Source of the DNA: Candidatus Thorarchaeota archaeon
Lineage (GTDB): Archaea > Asgardarchaeota > Thorarchaeia > Thorarchaeales > Thorarchaeaceae
NCBI GenBank assembly: GCA_038893995.1
Contig: JAWAQK010000032.1
Span: 1 to 28,108 of the forward strand
DNA: 28,108 nt
Direction: 5' to 3'
The position numbers were made by a program, and so were the translations under genes. Positions 26,126-28,108 of this stretch are shown in pieces; positions within the stretch are counted from its first letter, which is position 1; each line of letters starts with the position of its first letter. The notes beneath the pieces are model-generated. The model saw only the letters and a program-made list of their open reading frames with translations, had not been told where the DNA came from and did no database searches.

Positions 26126-26727
26126 CTTGTTCTGTTTCGGTTGTGCTCCCGTTCTTCATCAGTTGGAGGAGGTCGAGTGAAAAGCCACCTCTTCACATCG
26201 TCTTGCAGCTCCTCCAGGATCCTCGCCGTGACTGTCTTCTTGGGATTCTGCAGCTTTGTACGGGCTGCAATATCATCAAAGCTCTTGAAGGGCTCTTTCT
26301 TCCTCTCCTCGAGGATTGACCACATGAGAGTTGGGCCTATACCAGGCAGGAGCTGGAGTGAGTGCAAACGTGTTGTGATGGGCTGTGATTCATTAAAGAA
26401 CTGAACATATCGTTGTTCGTGCTTGGTGACTATCATCTCCACTACGAACGGAAGCTCAGCTGCAGCCTCGGGAGATAGGTCCTTGTATGCAATTCTCCTG
26501 ACCACATGGTCGATCTTCGACCCCTCCTTGTTGCGCTCGAGACTGACACGCTCGTGTAACCTCACCCTAGTATTACGAACCGGAGCGAGTTCCAGAAGCG
26601 TTAGAAAGGCCTCACCTATCGCCTGAATGACGACTTCACCCTTCGGCCCCCTACCAAAATTCCTTGGAGTGACGACTGATAGCACGTAGGCATGTGTTTC
26701 GTGTCGCCTAGTCTGATTGTCAGCCAT
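26122..26727 (-). CDS. DUF655 domain putative nucleic-acid-binding protein
   Basis: QAIGE..LTLLEL, FFN..PIT.RLHSLQLLPGIG (HhH) and PFKSFDDI. Conserved position between rpoF and ksgA. Confidence 0.92.
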   Translation of the reverse strand: MADNQTRRHETHAYVLSVVTPRNFGRGPKGEVVIQAIGEAFLTLLELAPVRNTRVRLHERVSLERNKEGSKIDHVVRRIAYKDLSPEAAAELPFVVEMIVTKHEQRYVQFFNESQPITTRLHSLQLLPGIGPTLMWSILEERKKEPFKSFDDIAARTKLQNPKKTVTARILEELQDDVKRWLFTRPPPTDEEREHNRNRTR

Positions 26728-26826
26728 GTGTGGTCACTCCATGGTGGGATGATGTTCATTGGCTTAACCTACTCATAAATATGATAAAAACAAATCGGGG
26801 CAACCCATGGAGGGGGATCTTAACAA

Positions 26827-27162
26827 TCATGATACGCTCTTAGATACGAGTGCGATGATTTCTGAGAGCTGCTCGTCAGTAATACTGGTGGACTCCCGAT
26901 CCAAGATTGTCCTGAGTTCTTCCATTGTCCTGGGTGCGATGTTCACAATCTGTGCTGCCTGAACTCTTGTGAGACCAAATGACTCAGTGAGCTTCTCCAT
27001 CAGTTTGGCAGCGGTGGCAGGAGTCATCTTCGAGAAAGTTGTTGCATGTTCGAGGGTTATGTTCTGCTGGAAAGAGAGTTCCCCCTCCTTTCCACGCTTG
27101 CTAACGATTTTCTTCACTATCGGAAGTGGGATTTCCTCCTCACTGATGATCTCCCTGGGCAT
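26827..27162 (-). CDS. rpoF: RNA polymerase subunit Rpo4 (RpoF/Rpb4)
   Basis: ELSFQQ..TLEHA..FSK and QIVNIAPRT.EELRTI. Synteny with rpl21e and DUF655. Confidence 0.93.
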   Translation of the reverse strand: MPREIISEEEIPLPIVKKIVSKRGKEGELSFQQNITLEHATTFSKMTPATAAKLMEKLTESFGLTRVQAAQIVNIAPRTMEELRTILDRESTSITDEQLSEIIALVSKSVS

Positions 27163-27172
27163 TTCGCATCAC

Positions 27173-27469
27173 TCAGCCTCGACTTGGTCTGAGATGCTCA
27201 GGCCGAATAATCAGGTGTCTTATCTGTTTTCCTGCCGATACATCCACTAGAATTGCGCGTCCTCTGGATCCGACGACTACTCCCGTCTTGCCATGGTAAC
27301 GTCTATGGGGCATTCCCTTGTGGCAGCTGGGATCGATTATCACATCGACCTTCTGGCCTACCTCATAGGTCATGAGTATTCTGCTTGGCGGAGCAACACC
27401 CCTGTCCCTTGGCCTCTTGGACATCAACTCGCGAGTCCTAGAGCGGTAACCATGACTGTTCTTGACCAT
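27173..27469 (-). CDS. rpl21e: 50S ribosomal protein L21e
   Basis: SHGYRSRTR, IDPS.HKGMPHRRYHGKTG and RPEHLRP. Start at ATG 27469. Confidence 0.97.
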   Translation of the reverse strand: MVKNSHGYRSRTRELMSKRPRDRGVAPPSRILMTYEVGQKVDVIIDPSCHKGMPHRRYHGKTGVVVGSRGRAILVDVSAGKQIRHLIIRPEHLRPSRG

Positions 27470-27560
27470 GATCATCATCCTCGACCGAGATACTCGGGCC
27501 AAATGAGAGGCCGAGGCAATCGATACGACTGAGGTCCAGTGGAACCCACGTGGATGCCAC

Positions 27561-28108
27561 TTAAGTATTATGGTCAGAGTCCTGGTCACGAATTGCGACA
27601 ACACTGAGCTCCACACATCTGGTCTTGACGCCCAGTAGTTCTGCGACTGACGGCCGTGTCCTACCTTCGTCGCCAGATATCAACTCCTTCACGTAAGTCC
27701 CACCCTGAACCTTGAAGAATCCTTCCAGACGGGGCCCACCCTGGCGCACTAGTCGGACCTCATATATGGTCTTCTTTCTGACCCGATCACTCCTTCGATG
27801 GAGGACGCGGAGTGGAGTCCGCTGTTCGATTACTGTGCCACTGAGTCCAGACTCAGCAAGTGAGAGAGCCTCGTCAGATAGCTCATGTTCGACCTCGATC
27901 AGTGCCCTGTATTCCTTCACGTTAGTAGAGGATGCCATCTTAAGGACCTGACTCTGTTGACGGTCACTGAACTCGAGATGGTCGACCTCGATCTTTCCGG
28001 ATGCCCTGGTATTGATATTAGTAGCTATCTCAGCGAGATTCAGGCTGCGTATTCTGGGTTCGGTCACCTCAACAACGAATGGACGTCCATCTCCCAACAT
28101 GAGCGCAT
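27561..28108 (-). CDS. pus10: tRNA pseudouridine(54/55) synthase Pus10, C-terminal part (truncated by the window edge)
   Basis: MLGDGRPFVVE, KEYRA, QRTP.RV.HRR and GGTYVKELISGDEGRT.PS. Confidence 0.95.
   Translation of the reverse strand, partial: ALMLGDGRPFVVEVTEPRIRSLNLAEIATNINTRASGKIEVDHLEFSDRQQSQVLKMASSTNVKEYRALIEVEHELSDEALSLAESGLSGTVIEQRTPLRVLHRRSDRVRKKTIYEVRLVRQGGPRLEGFFKVQGGTYVKELISGDEGRTRPSVAELLGVKTRCVELSVVAIRDQDSDHNT

Noticed and set aside
1-28108. CRISPR arrays, IS elements, integrases, rRNA, SRP or RNase P RNA, and the many short overlapping ORFs in the track
   Set aside because: No regularly spaced repeats, transposase motifs or diagnostic RNA motifs were seen. The short ORFs are alternative-frame or antisense shadows of well-supported genes.

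Overview
Archaeal chromosomal segment with no CRISPR array, IS element or integrase. An Asgard (Thorarchaeia-like) origin is plausible but is only my inference. The right half (about 18.3-28.1 kb) is a conserved archaeal information-processing neighbourhood: pus10 (partial), rpl21e, rpoF, DUF655, ksgA/rsmA, HemK-type methyltransferase, long FKBP, psmB and aCPSF1/fttA, plus lsm, rpl37e, a PUA-domain protein and sepF. The left half mixes metabolic and accessory genes: acyl-CoA dehydrogenase, a large cell-surface glycoprotein with a membrane-anchored wHTH regulator, a CPBP/CAAX protease, a PadR-HAAS pair, pyrE, a degenerate ferritin-like protein, dut, an MBL hydrolase, msrB, a flavodoxin-like protein, a stand-alone rps19, a TPR protein, a phosphohexomutase and etfB/etfA with a fused ferredoxin. 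Three tRNA genes lie on the minus strand: Gly(GCC), Val(GAC) and Ala(GGC). The main observations are: (1) tRNA-Ala carries two introns, one in the D-loop, both with relaxed BHB motifs; (2) a 2-TM protein resembling eukaryotic DPM2/PIG-P sits next to the phosphohexomutase; (3) several intergenic segments fold extensively, one with a consensus K-turn (candidate ncRNAs); (4) uS19 is detached from the S10 cluster; (5) there is an unexplained 0.7 kb gap between the PUA gene and sepF containing an uncalled small ORF.
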